Positions 43,918 through 52,321 of a DNA stretch of 64,000 bases are shown here, piece after piece (position 1 is the first letter of the stretch; each line of letters starts with the position of its first letter). Under the pieces are notes generated by a model that was given only the letters and a program-made list of their open reading frames with translations, was not told where the DNA came from and did no database searches. Both the position numbers and the translations under genes were made by a program. This stretch comes from Acidobacteriota bacterium (GTDB taxonomy: Bacteria; Acidobacteriota; Polarisedimenticolia; Polarisedimenticolales; JAIQFR01): contig JBGQAU010000005.1 of NCBI GenBank assembly GCA_041494445.1, positions 4,030 through 68,029 of the forward strand, read 5' to 3'.

Positions 43918-46132
43918 CGACCTCCGGAGGGATCGGCACCCCCAAGGCCTTGAGGATGGTCGGCATGAGGTCCACCATCCGCGGCTCCCGGGTGTTGATC
44001 TTCCGATTGCAGAAGAGAATGCCCCGTACGAGGTCGGGGTCGTTCGAGCAGTGATCGCCCGACCATGCCTTCCGGTTGTCCTCGATGAGATCGGGCGGAA
44101 CGCCCCCCAGGCTCGTCTGCCAGGAGACCCGGTAATTCAGGTTGCTCCCGGCTCTCAAGTCGGGGATCAGGTTCGGATCGAAGCCGGTGTACATCTCCTC
44201 GCGGGTCCAGACCCGCGTCACCGGGTGCTCCCCGGTCTTCTCGTCCACGAGCGTCTCGAGCCCGCTCCGGATCTCGCGGCGCACCTTCTCGTACTCCTCG
44301 CCGGGCAGGACGACGCCGTCGCGCTCCCGACCCGCGAGGTTCACGTAGATGCTGCCGAGGCCGAGCGCGTACGCCTTGGTGCGCGACCAGTCGACGCTGG
44401 CGAAAAGATCCCGGGTATCGAACAGCTTCTCGAGGTTCGTCGTCTCGTTCTGCCCCTTGAGCGTCATGAAGCCGTTTCTCACGAGCCACGTGTTGTAGTT
44501 GACCCCTCTGCGGAACGACGAGAACCCGTGGTCCGAGCAGACGATGAAGATCGCGTCCTTCCCGGCCAGCTCCCGGGCCTTTCCGATCATCTCGTCCATC
44601 CGTCGGTACGCCTTCAGCACCTCGGGCTCGTACCTCGCGGCCTTTTTCGGGTCGAAGAGCGGGTGCCCGGGGTCGAGGAACTGCCAAAAGAGGTGGCCGA
44701 TGCGATCGGTGAAGTAGAAGATCTGGATGTAGAGATCGTCCCTGCGATCCCCGAGGAGCCCCCTCATGATCTCCTCGTCCTTGTCCACCGTGAAGTACAT
44801 GTCCTGGAGGAACAGGCTCTCGTCACCGATCCCGGAAGGGAGGGACCAGGTGTCCTCGGGCCATCCGATGGTCTTGTAGAGGCCGAAGCGCTTGTACAGG
44901 TCCTCGGAGTACGAAGGAGGCCACGAGAACGCAACCGGGTGGCAGCAAGGATGGAAGTTGACCGGCGAGAGGTAAAGCTCGACCTCGGGATCGAGCTTGA
45001 GGAGCTTGAACCGCCCGATCCCTCTGAGCGGGGCCGCGGCGTCGATCAGCCAGTTGACCGGGAAGTCGAACGTGAACCAGTCGCTCCAGTCCCCTGCGTG
45101 CAGCGTCTTCGTCTGGCCCGCGACCGTGATCGTGCAGGCGGTGTCCGTCACATCGAGCACCATCGGAACGTCGATCCTGCGGCGCACTCCGGCGTCGTCG
45201 AGCTCCTGCCGCGCGCGACGCCGGACATCGGCGCGCTCGCCGCCTTTCGCCCCCGCGGTCCTCTGGTCCACGACGTAGTCGTAGAACGGCTTGTTGTAGG
45301 GTCCGATGAGGCGGGTCTCGATCCGTCCCCGGCGCGCCGGGAGCCGGATCAGCTCGAGGCTGAACTCGTTGTCGCCGGGCCGGAAGTCGGGATTCGACGT
45401 GTAGAACGAGGGGGTCCCGACCCGGCCGCGCATGTCGGGCACCCCCAGCCCGGACAGCATGTGCCCGTCCTCGACCTTCTCCGCGGGAAACGTCGCGGGG
45501 ACCCTGATGACCTGCACCTTGAGCCCCGCGTTGGCGGCGAGCTCCCACAGGGTCCGGCCCTTACGATTGTTGATCGCCGTGGGCATCTCCGCGGGAAGAA
45601 AACGCTTCGCCACGAAGCCCACCGGGAGCCCGGCGGCGACCCCCAGCAGCAGACCGACGAGCACTCGGGTGGTCCAATTGAGCTTCGTGAAGAGGAGCAC
45701 GCCGAGCGCCAGCAAGAACACGAGACCGCCGGCCAGGAGTCCGAGCACCGGCCCGTTCCGCTCCCCGAAAAGGAGCGTGCGCCGCCCCTCGCTGTTCATC
45801 GCGAAGTCCGGGAGGTAGTCCTTCGGGTTCCGCTTCAGGAAGTCGAAGATCTCCGTCTTGCCTGGGTTGGTACCCGTGGCGAAAGACGACCAGGAGACCG
45901 GCGTCTGCGGCGGGTTCGTAGGCTGCAGCGGAGCGTAGGTCCCTTCTTCCTGGAGACGGGCGAGATTCGGGAGCGCTCCCCGCTTCACCCATTCTTCGAC
46001 GAGCCGGCTGTCGGCGCCGTCGAACCCCAAGACGACGACCTTGGAGCGCTCGGCCGCAGGCGCCCCGCCTCCGAGCGTCGCACACGCCAGCACGGCCCAG
46101 AGCCAAGGGAGCCTGGACCTTCTTCGATGCAT
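43898..46132 (-). CDS. Alkaline-phosphatase-superfamily (NPP/phosphodiesterase-type) protein with internal TM hairpin
   Basis: From ATG 46132. Signal peptide. VVVLGFDGADSRL...NPPQTPVSWSSFATG (metal Asp + Thr nucleophile region). Two helices VLGLLAGGLVFLLALGVLLF / VLVGLLLGVAAGLPVGF. C-terminal IFIVCSDHGF and WSGDHC metal motifs. 20-nt overlap with the M23 start. Confidence 0.75.
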   Translation of the reverse strand: MHRRRSRLPWLWAVLACATLGGGAPAAERSKVVVLGFDGADSRLVEEWVKRGALPNLARLQEEGTYAPLQPTNPPQTPVSWSSFATGTNPGKTEIFDFLKRNPKDYLPDFAMNSEGRRTLLFGERNGPVLGLLAGGLVFLLALGVLLFTKLNWTTRVLVGLLLGVAAGLPVGFVAKRFLPAEMPTAINNRKGRTLWELAANAGLKVQVIRVPATFPAEKVEDGHMLSGLGVPDMRGRVGTPSFYTSNPDFRPGDNEFSLELIRLPARRGRIETRLIGPYNKPFYDYVVDQRTAGAKGGERADVRRRARQELDDAGVRRRIDVPMVLDVTDTACTITVAGQTKTLHAGDWSDWFTFDFPVNWLIDAAAPLRGIGRFKLLKLDPEVELYLSPVNFHPCCHPVAFSWPPSYSEDLYKRFGLYKTIGWPEDTWSLPSGIGDESLFLQDMYFTVDKDEEIMRGLLGDRRDDLYIQIFYFTDRIGHLFWQFLDPGHPLFDPKKAARYEPEVLKAYRRMDEMIGKARELAGKDAIFIVCSDHGFSSFRRGVNYNTWLVRNGFMTLKGQNETTNLEKLFDTRDLFASVDWSRTKAYALGLGSIYVNLAGRERDGVVLPGEEYEKVRREIRSGLETLVDEKTGEHPVTRVWTREEMYTGFDPNLIPDLRAGSNLNYRVSWQTSLGGVPPDLIEDNRKAWSGDHCSNDPDLVRGILFCNRKINTREPRMVDLMPTILKALGVPIPPEVDGRPLF

Positions 46133-46273
46133 CCCACGCCTCCCGGCGCGGGTCGCTCCCGCGCCTCCCGTAAGGACGCAAGAGTAGCATCGTTGGGCCC
46201 GTCGGTCCCCGCCGCGGGGCCGGTGTGCTAACATCCCCCGGCCGTCGTTCGGTCGGCGGCCATTCCACGGACG

Positions 46274-47617
46274 ATGACGTCGGACCTCGCACCCGAAGCC
46301 CTACCGCACTCCGACGAGGCGGAACGATCCGTCCTGGGCGCGGTGCTCCTCGACAACCAGCAGCTCCACCGGGTACAGGAGCTGCTCCGGCCGGACTCGT
46401 TCTACGTTCCCCGCCACCGCAAGATCTTCCTCACCCTTCTCTCCCTCGCCGATGCGGGTGCGGCGCTGGACCTCGTGACGCTCCGCGCGGAGATGGAGCG
46501 CGCGGGCGATCTCGAGGCCTGCGGCGGCCCGGCCTATCTCGCCGCGCTCCTGGACGGCGTGCCGCGCTCCGGCAACGTCGAGCACTACGCCCGGATCGTG
46601 CGAGAGGCGGCCGTCCGCCGCGAGCTCGTGCGCTCCGCGCAGCAGATCCTCGAATCGGCCTTCCGGTCGGCCGCGGGCACCGACGATCTTCTCGACGAAG
46701 CGGAGAAAGCGATCTTCAGGGTCGCGGAGGACCGGCTGCGCTCCGGCTTCCTCCCGATCAGCGTGGTGGCCGAGAAGGGGTTCGCGGTCATCGACGAGCT
46801 GACCAAGCGGCGCGAGCACATCACGGGAATCCCCACCGGCTTCGGCTACCTCGACGAGCTGACCGCCGGCCTGCAGCCCTCCGACCTGATCATCCTCGCC
46901 GCGCGTCCCGCCATGGGGAAGACCGCGCTGGCCCTCAACATCGCCTCCCACGTCGCGATGCGGCATGGGAAGACCGTCGGGATCTTCTCGCTCGAGATGT
47001 CCCACCAGCAGCTGTTCTTCCGCCTTCTCTGCTCCGAAGCGCGGGTCGACGCGCACCGGCTCCGCACGGGCCGCGTCGACTCGGACGAGTGGCAGCGCAT
47101 CATCAAGACGTTCGGAGAGCTGTCGGCATCCCCCATGTTCATCGACGATACGGCGGGCGCCGCAATCATGGAGATGAGGGCAAAGGCAAGGCGCCTGAAG
47201 CTCGAGAGGGGGCTCGACTTTCTGATCGTGGACTACCTGCAGCTGATGAGCGGGCGCGGCCGGTACGAGAGCCGCCAGCAGGAGATCTCGGACATCTCGC
47301 GCTCTCTCAAGGAGATGGCGAAGGAGCTCTCGATCCCGATCCTGGCCCTCTCGCAGCTCTCGCGTGCGCCCGAGCAGCGCAGCGGCGACAGGCGCCCCCA
47401 GCTGAGCGACCTCCGCGAGTCGGGCGCCATCGAGCAGGACGCCGACGTCGTCCTGTTCCTGTTCCGTGAGGAGCTTTACAAGAAGACCGACCCCGAGCTG
47501 AGGGGCAAGGCGGAGCTGATCATCGGCAAGCAGCGAAACGGCCCCACCGACACCGTGGACCTCGTTTTCATCCGGGAGTTCACGCGGTTCGAAAACCCCG
47601 CCTGGCCCGAGAACTGA
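46274..47617 (+). CDS. dnaB: Replicative DNA helicase DnaB
   Basis: LPHSDEAERSVLGAVLLDN..., AARPAMGKTALALN (Walker A), FLIVDYLQLM, SQLSRAPEQR, IIGKQRNGPTD. Confidence 0.95.
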   Translation: MTSDLAPEALPHSDEAERSVLGAVLLDNQQLHRVQELLRPDSFYVPRHRKIFLTLLSLADAGAALDLVTLRAEMERAGDLEACGGPAYLAALLDGVPRSGNVEHYARIVREAAVRRELVRSAQQILESAFRSAAGTDDLLDEAEKAIFRVAEDRLRSGFLPISVVAEKGFAVIDELTKRREHITGIPTGFGYLDELTAGLQPSDLIILAARPAMGKTALALNIASHVAMRHGKTVGIFSLEMSHQQLFFRLLCSEARVDAHRLRTGRVDSDEWQRIIKTFGELSASPMFIDDTAGAAIMEMRAKARRLKLERGLDFLIVDYLQLMSGRGRYESRQQEISDISRSLKEMAKELSIPILALSQLSRAPEQRSGDRRPQLSDLRESGAIEQDADVVLFLFREELYKKTDPELRGKAELIIGKQRNGPTDTVDLVFIREFTRFENPAWPEN

Positions 47618-47690
47618 CAACGCGCCGCCGCGGTGCGCTCGGATATAATCGTTGCGTCGTGAATACTTGACCTCCCTGGAGGGCCGATCG

Positions 47691-48764
47691 ATGGGCCGGT
47701 GGTTCGCCCGCGCGACGGTGATCCTCGTGGCCCTGCTCCTCGGTCTGGCGCTCAGGCCGCTCGCCTCCTTCGGCGAAGGCTGGGAGGGCCCCCTTCCGAG
47801 CCTCCTGGGAGGCCTCGCCTTCGGGGCCGCGGCGCTCGCGGCCGAGCATCTCCTGCGGGCGTGGGACATCTGGGCGGCTGCGGGCGGGGCCCTGGGACTC
47901 CTGATCGGCGGCCTCGTCGGGGTCGTCGCCGTGCGCGTCCTTCCCGAGGGAAGCGCCGGCCTCCCGACGTTTGCCCTGCGTCCGTTCGTCTACCTCGTCG
48001 CGCTCTACGCCGGTGGCGTGGGAGGCGCGCGCTTCGCGGCGTCCCTGAGGGGCGAGAACGCGGTCGCTCTGTTCGGGAGGGACCCGTCCCCCCGGCCCAA
48101 CCCGAAGATCCTGGACACCTCGGTGATCATCGACGGGCGGGTCGCCGATGTCGCCGAGGCGGGGTTCCTGGACGGGGTCATGGTCATCCCCTCGTTCGTG
48201 CTGCGGGAGCTGCAGTACATCGCGGACTCCCCCGACTCGCTGCGCAGGGCTCGGGGGCGCAAGGGGCTCGAGATCCTCCAGAAGCTCAAGAAAGCGCCGT
48301 CCGCCAGGGTCGTCTTTTCCCAGGAGGAGATCCCGGAGATCCGCGAGGTCGATCTCAAGCTCATCGAGCTGGCCAAGCGGATGGATGCCAAGCTCCTGAC
48401 CCACGACTTCAATCTGAACAGGGTGGCTTCGCTGCACGGGATCGAGGTGCTGAACCTGAACGATCTCGCGAATGCGGTGAAGCCCGTGGTCCACCCCGGC
48501 GAGTCGATGAAGGTCAGCATCCTGAAAGAGGGCAAGGAGGCCGGCCAAGGGGTCGCCTACCTGGACGACGGGACCATGGTCGTAGTGGACAATGCGCGGA
48601 GCCTGATCGGGCGCACCGTGGACATCGTCGTGACCAGCGTGATCCAGACGACGGCCGGGAAGATGTTCTTCGGGAAGCTCTCCGGGGCGGACGGACCGCC
48701 CGCTCCGCAGCCGCGGCCTCCCGGCTCCCCCACGACGCCCTCGGTCCCGAGTTCCGAGAGCTGA
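47691..48764 (+). CDS. PIN/TRAM-domain membrane-anchored protein (YacL-like)
   Basis: From ATG 47691. Four N-terminal helices. PIN domain ILDTSVIIDGRVADVAEAGFLDG...LRELQYIADS. C-terminal TRAM (VAYLDDGTMVVVDNA...IVVTSVIQTTAGKMFFGK). Confidence 0.85.
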   Translation: MGRWFARATVILVALLLGLALRPLASFGEGWEGPLPSLLGGLAFGAAALAAEHLLRAWDIWAAAGGALGLLIGGLVGVVAVRVLPEGSAGLPTFALRPFVYLVALYAGGVGGARFAASLRGENAVALFGRDPSPRPNPKILDTSVIIDGRVADVAEAGFLDGVMVIPSFVLRELQYIADSPDSLRRARGRKGLEILQKLKKAPSARVVFSQEEIPEIREVDLKLIELAKRMDAKLLTHDFNLNRVASLHGIEVLNLNDLANAVKPVVHPGESMKVSILKEGKEAGQGVAYLDDGTMVVVDNARSLIGRTVDIVVTSVIQTTAGKMFFGKLSGADGPPAPQPRPPGSPTTPSVPSSES

Positions 48765-48776
48765 CCCGAGATCGGC

Positions 48777-49922
48777 TCAGATCGGGTAGCCGTCCTCCCG
48801 CCGATCGAGCATCCGGATCTGCCGCTCCCACTGATACTTCAAGATCAGCAGCATCCGGAACGTCAGGTCCGCTTCCTTCCGCGCCGGGCTGCGCCAGTCC
48901 TTCTCGAGCCGCATCAGGGCCGTCCACCTGCTGCTCTCGTTGAGGAGCTTGCCGGCGAGGTTCCAGCGCCCCTCCTTGCTCTGCTGGGCGTGGATCCACT
49001 CGAGGTGCGCCATAAGCTGGGGGTACCGGTTGATCAGTCCGAGGCGGGCAAGCAGCTCGAGGTTGTGCAGGAGCTCGTCCAGACTGCCGTGCTTCTGATA
49101 GTGGTCGACCGGACGCATTCGGATGCCGTTGCCCTTGATGAACGACCCCTTCGCGGTTCGCACGAGCCCCAGATCCGGCGCGAGCCTCTGATAGGTGTCG
49201 GACATCACGTAGTCGAAGATCTTCTTGAGCCGCATCTTCGCCAGCTCCCCTTCCAGGAGCCAGGGGGAGAACGCGAAGACCCGGGCCAGGTACAGGTCCG
49301 GCAGGAAGGGGTAATCCCGCCGCCAGGCCGCGGCGCGGATCAACGGGTGGCTCGCGCCGATCTCCTCGGCGGGGTTCTTCGAAACCGGGTCGTCCACGAA
49401 GCCCGCGGAAAGGTCGAGAAGCTCGAGGACCGCGAGCCGCGTGCGGTCCTCCTCGTATCCTCCCCGGATGAGGAGGCCGAGGGAGAGAATCCGCAGGAAC
49501 CATCGGTAGTAGCGCTCTCGACGGTCGTCCGCCTTGACCACCTTGGCGAACTCGAAGAACTTCAGGTCTTTCTTCGCGGTGAGGAACGTCCGGAGCGTGG
49601 CGGCCGCCTGCTTCACCGGCTTGGTGTCCCGCGACCAGCCGAGCTCGTAGAGCGTGGACAGGCCGTTCTCCAGGCTTCGCTGGAGCTTGCGAGGATCACC
49701 CGCGTGGACCACGCCCCCCCAGCTGCCGTCCTTACGCTGAAGGCGCTGAAGCCTGAGGGCGGGCGGGTACGCCGCCACATCCTGCTTCGCCTTCTGGACG
49801 TCGGGGTCCTCCCGACCGCGATCGAGAATCTCCGTGAGGACCCGATAGCGGATCGCAGGACACGCGTTCTCCAGCAGCCAGGCGGTCGGATCGGCGCGCA
49901 GAGAGGATTTCCAGTCCGTCAT
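48777..49922 (-). CDS. Hypothetical protein (381 aa), Trp/Tyr/Lys-rich, possible alpha/alpha-toroid repeats
   Basis: ATG 49922 in ATGA overlap with the carA stop. RKDGSWGG and SKEGRWN motifs resemble prenyltransferase/squalene-cyclase-type repeats. GC visibly lower than in the neighbours. Confidence 0.6.
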   Translation of the reverse strand: MTDWKSSLRADPTAWLLENACPAIRYRVLTEILDRGREDPDVQKAKQDVAAYPPALRLQRLQRKDGSWGGVVHAGDPRKLQRSLENGLSTLYELGWSRDTKPVKQAAATLRTFLTAKKDLKFFEFAKVVKADDRRERYYRWFLRILSLGLLIRGGYEEDRTRLAVLELLDLSAGFVDDPVSKNPAEEIGASHPLIRAAAWRRDYPFLPDLYLARVFAFSPWLLEGELAKMRLKKIFDYVMSDTYQRLAPDLGLVRTAKGSFIKGNGIRMRPVDHYQKHGSLDELLHNLELLARLGLINRYPQLMAHLEWIHAQQSKEGRWNLAGKLLNESSRWTALMRLEKDWRSPARKEADLTFRMLLILKYQWERQIRMLDRREDGYPI

Positions 49923-51073
49923 GGATGGTCCTCGATCGCAGTCCGGCCCCGATCCCGTTCTTCCGGAATCATGGCCCGGAACTCCCGGAAGAGGTAAAGC
50001 GAGTCGTGCGGGCCGGGCGAGGCCTCCGGGTGGAACTGCACCGCAAGGAGGCTGGCGTCCCGATGCATGAACCCCTCGCAGGTCCCGTCGTTGAGGCTGA
50101 GGTGGGTGACCTCGGCGCCGGCGGGAAGCGACTCCGGAACCACGGAATAGCCGTGGTTCTGCGAGGTCACCGCGACCCGGCCGGTCCTGAGGTCCTTCAC
50201 GGGGTGGTTCGCGCCCCGGTGCCCGAACTTGAGCTTGAACGTCCGCGCTCCCAAGGCCAGAGCGGCGATCTGGTGGCCCAGGCAGATGCCGAAGACCGGG
50301 AACCTGCCGAGGAGGGCACGCACCGCCTCGACGACGTACCCTGCCGATCGCGGATCGCCCGGGCCGTTCGAAAGAAACATCGCCTCGGGCTCGAGCGCGA
50401 GGGTATCCGGGGCGCTCGTGGTCGCCGGCACGACGGTCACGTCGAACCCGTGGTCGTGAAGCAGGCGGAAGATGTTCCGTTTCGCACCGAGGTCGAAAGC
50501 CACGCAGCGGATCCGCCTGCGCCGCACGCCCTCCGTGGGCGCCGGCGCGAAACGCCGGTCCCGCCCTCCGCTCCAGGGGTGCGTCGAGTCGCACGTCACC
50601 TCTCGAACGAGGTCGAGCGTCTCGAGCCGCGGCGCCTCCCGGGCCTTCCGCACCAGAGATTGGGGATCGCGGTCCGTCGTCGAGAGCGCGCCTCGCAACG
50701 CGCCGACCGTCCGGATCCGCCGTGTGATCGCCCGGGTGTCCACCTCGGAGATCCCGACGACGCCGTGCTCCCGGAGGTACTGGTTCAGGTCCTGGTTCGC
50801 GCGCCAGTTGGACGAAAAACGGCTGTACTCCCTGACCGCGAACCCCTCCGCCACCGGCGTGTCCGCCTCGTGGTCCACGGGGTTCACTCCCGTGTTGCCG
50901 ATCTCGGGGCACGTCATCACGACGATCTGCCCCTTGTAGGAGGGGTCGGTCAGGACCTCCTGGTACCCGGTCATCGACGTGTTGAAGACCACCTCGCCGG
51001 CGCGCTCGCCCGGGGCGCCGAACGCGCGTCCGCGATAGACGCTGCCGTCTTCGAGCGCCAGGATCGCCTCCAC
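49919..51073 (-). CDS. carA: Carbamoyl-phosphate synthase small (glutaminase) subunit
   Basis: ALEDGSVYRGRAFGA...FNTSMTGYQEVLTDPSY..., GICLGHQ (catalytic Cys), FHPE. Confidence 0.95.
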   Translation of the reverse strand: MEAILALEDGSVYRGRAFGAPGERAGEVVFNTSMTGYQEVLTDPSYKGQIVVMTCPEIGNTGVNPVDHEADTPVAEGFAVREYSRFSSNWRANQDLNQYLREHGVVGISEVDTRAITRRIRTVGALRGALSTTDRDPQSLVRKAREAPRLETLDLVREVTCDSTHPWSGGRDRRFAPAPTEGVRRRRIRCVAFDLGAKRNIFRLLHDHGFDVTVVPATTSAPDTLALEPEAMFLSNGPGDPRSAGYVVEAVRALLGRFPVFGICLGHQIAALALGARTFKLKFGHRGANHPVKDLRTGRVAVTSQNHGYSVVPESLPAGAEVTHLSLNDGTCEGFMHRDASLLAVQFHPEASPGPHDSLYLFREFRAMIPEERDRGRTAIEDHP

Positions 51074-51074
51074 T

Positions 51075-51926
51075 TCAGGCCCCCGGCTCGGCGGCGCGGG
51101 CGCGGAGTCGCCCGTCCTTCTCCTCGAGTGTCGCGGCCGGCATCTCTTCGTCGTGCTCGAACACCAGGAGCCAGCCGTCGCGCGCGGCCTCGGGGAGAAT
51201 TCGCCGCTTGGTCGCGAGCGTGACCAGCGGCTCGAGATCGTAGCCCATCACGTACGGGTACGGGACGTGGCTCGCCGTCGGCACGAGGTCCGCGAGGAAC
51301 GCCACGGTTCCCTCGGGAGTGACCAGGACGGGAATTTGCATGTGCGGCGTGTGCCCAGGCGCCGGCCGGAGCTCTACACCCGCACCGATCCGCACGGTTC
51401 CATCCACCGGCTCGAGGCGACCCTCGGCGAGGAGCGGCTCGTAGTTCTCCGGGAGATAGGATGCCCGAGTTCGCTCGTTGGCCGACCGCGCGGTTTCGAT
51501 CTCCCCACGCTGAACGACGTATTTCGCGTTCGGGAACGCCGCGACGACCTCGCCGCGCGCGTTCCGCTCGGTGTTTCCCCCGGCGTGGTCGAAGTGGAGG
51601 TGCGTGTTCACCACCAGGTCGATCTGCTCGGGGGAGATCCCGGCGGGCGCGAGGATCTCCGCCGCGGACTTCGGCTCGAGCCCGTAGATGTCTCTTTGCT
51701 TCGCATCCCATTTGGTCCCCGCGCCGGTGTCCAGCAGGACGCGGCGCGTGCCGTCCTCGATCAGGAGCAGGTTCATTCCCAGCCGAATGCGGTTCCGCTC
51801 GTCGGGGGGCCGCTCCTTCTCCCACAGCGGACGCGGAACGACGCCGAACATCGCCCCACCATCGAGCTTCAGGGAGCCCGCCCCGAGCAAGGTGATACGG
51901 AGGTCTCCTCTAAGGAATCGTACCAA
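51075..51926 (-). CDS. MBL-fold metallo-hydrolase
   Basis: VVNTHLHFDHAGGN (HxHxDH), later GHTPH. 283 aa. Confidence 0.85.
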   Translation of the reverse strand: MVRFLRGDLRITLLGAGSLKLDGGAMFGVVPRPLWEKERPPDERNRIRLGMNLLLIEDGTRRVLLDTGAGTKWDAKQRDIYGLEPKSAAEILAPAGISPEQIDLVVNTHLHFDHAGGNTERNARGEVVAAFPNAKYVVQRGEIETARSANERTRASYLPENYEPLLAEGRLEPVDGTVRIGAGVELRPAPGHTPHMQIPVLVTPEGTVAFLADLVPTASHVPYPYVMGYDLEPLVTLATKRRILPEAARDGWLLVFEHDEEMPAATLEEKDGRLRARAAEPGA

Positions 51927-52055
51927 TAAAGGATCCTCTTACTCGGTCGTCGGGTGGCCTTAACACGCCCCGCCCCCCCGGGCGCGCCCTTGAGGTGGGG
52001 TGCTACAGTAGCGAAAGCGCGGAACGGCGTCAACAGAAATCCTCAAGATTCCGCT

Positions 52056-52128
52056 CCGCCGCGGCGAGCGAACTCCTTTCGTTGACACCCCTTGGCCCCT
52101 GTGCTACTTTCGCCGCTCGCCGCGGCGG
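52056..52128. repeat. 15-bp perfect inverted repeat bracketing the putative tRNA-Val promoter
   Basis: CCGCCGCGGCGAGCG (52056-52070) and CGCTCGCCGCGGCGG (52114-52128), 43 nt apart. Confidence 0.8.
52082..52110 (+). promoter_or_regulatory. Candidate sigma70-type promoter for tRNA-Val (and thrS?)
   Basis: TTGACA (52082-52087), 17 nt, TACTTT (52105-52110), about 50 nt upstream of the tRNA 5' end. Confidence 0.4.
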
Positions 52129-52161
52129 TCCAGCTTCGGCCGGTGCGGTGCGGTTTGCAGA

Positions 52162-52236
52162 AGGCGCGTAGCTCAGGGGGAGAGCGCTACCTTGACACGG
52201 TAGAAGTCCGCGGTTCAAATCCGCGCGCGCCTACCA
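52162..52236 (+). tRNA. tRNA-Val (anticodon GAC)
   Basis: AGGCGCGTAGCTCAGGGGGAGAGCGCTACCTTGACACGGTAGAAGTCCGCGGTTCAAATCCGCGCGCGCCTACCA. Hand-folded cloverleaf: 7-bp acceptor, GCTC/GAGC D stem, CTACC/GGTAG anticodon stem, loop TTGACAC, T loop TTCAAAT. CCA encoded. Confidence 0.9.
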
Positions 52237-52321
52237 TGTGACGTGGCTCGATGGCCTTTGCCGGAGGGCGGAGGTCAAAGTGGATGTTCGTCCCGGACGG
52301 GGCGCACGAGGAACACGCGGG

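Noticed and set aside
47644-47649. Perfect TATAAT upstream of the PIN/TRAM gene as a promoter
   Set aside because: There is no acceptable -35 at 16-19 nt (the nearest, CTGACA, is 24 nt away) and no TG extension. It may still be functional but is not supportable from sequence alone.
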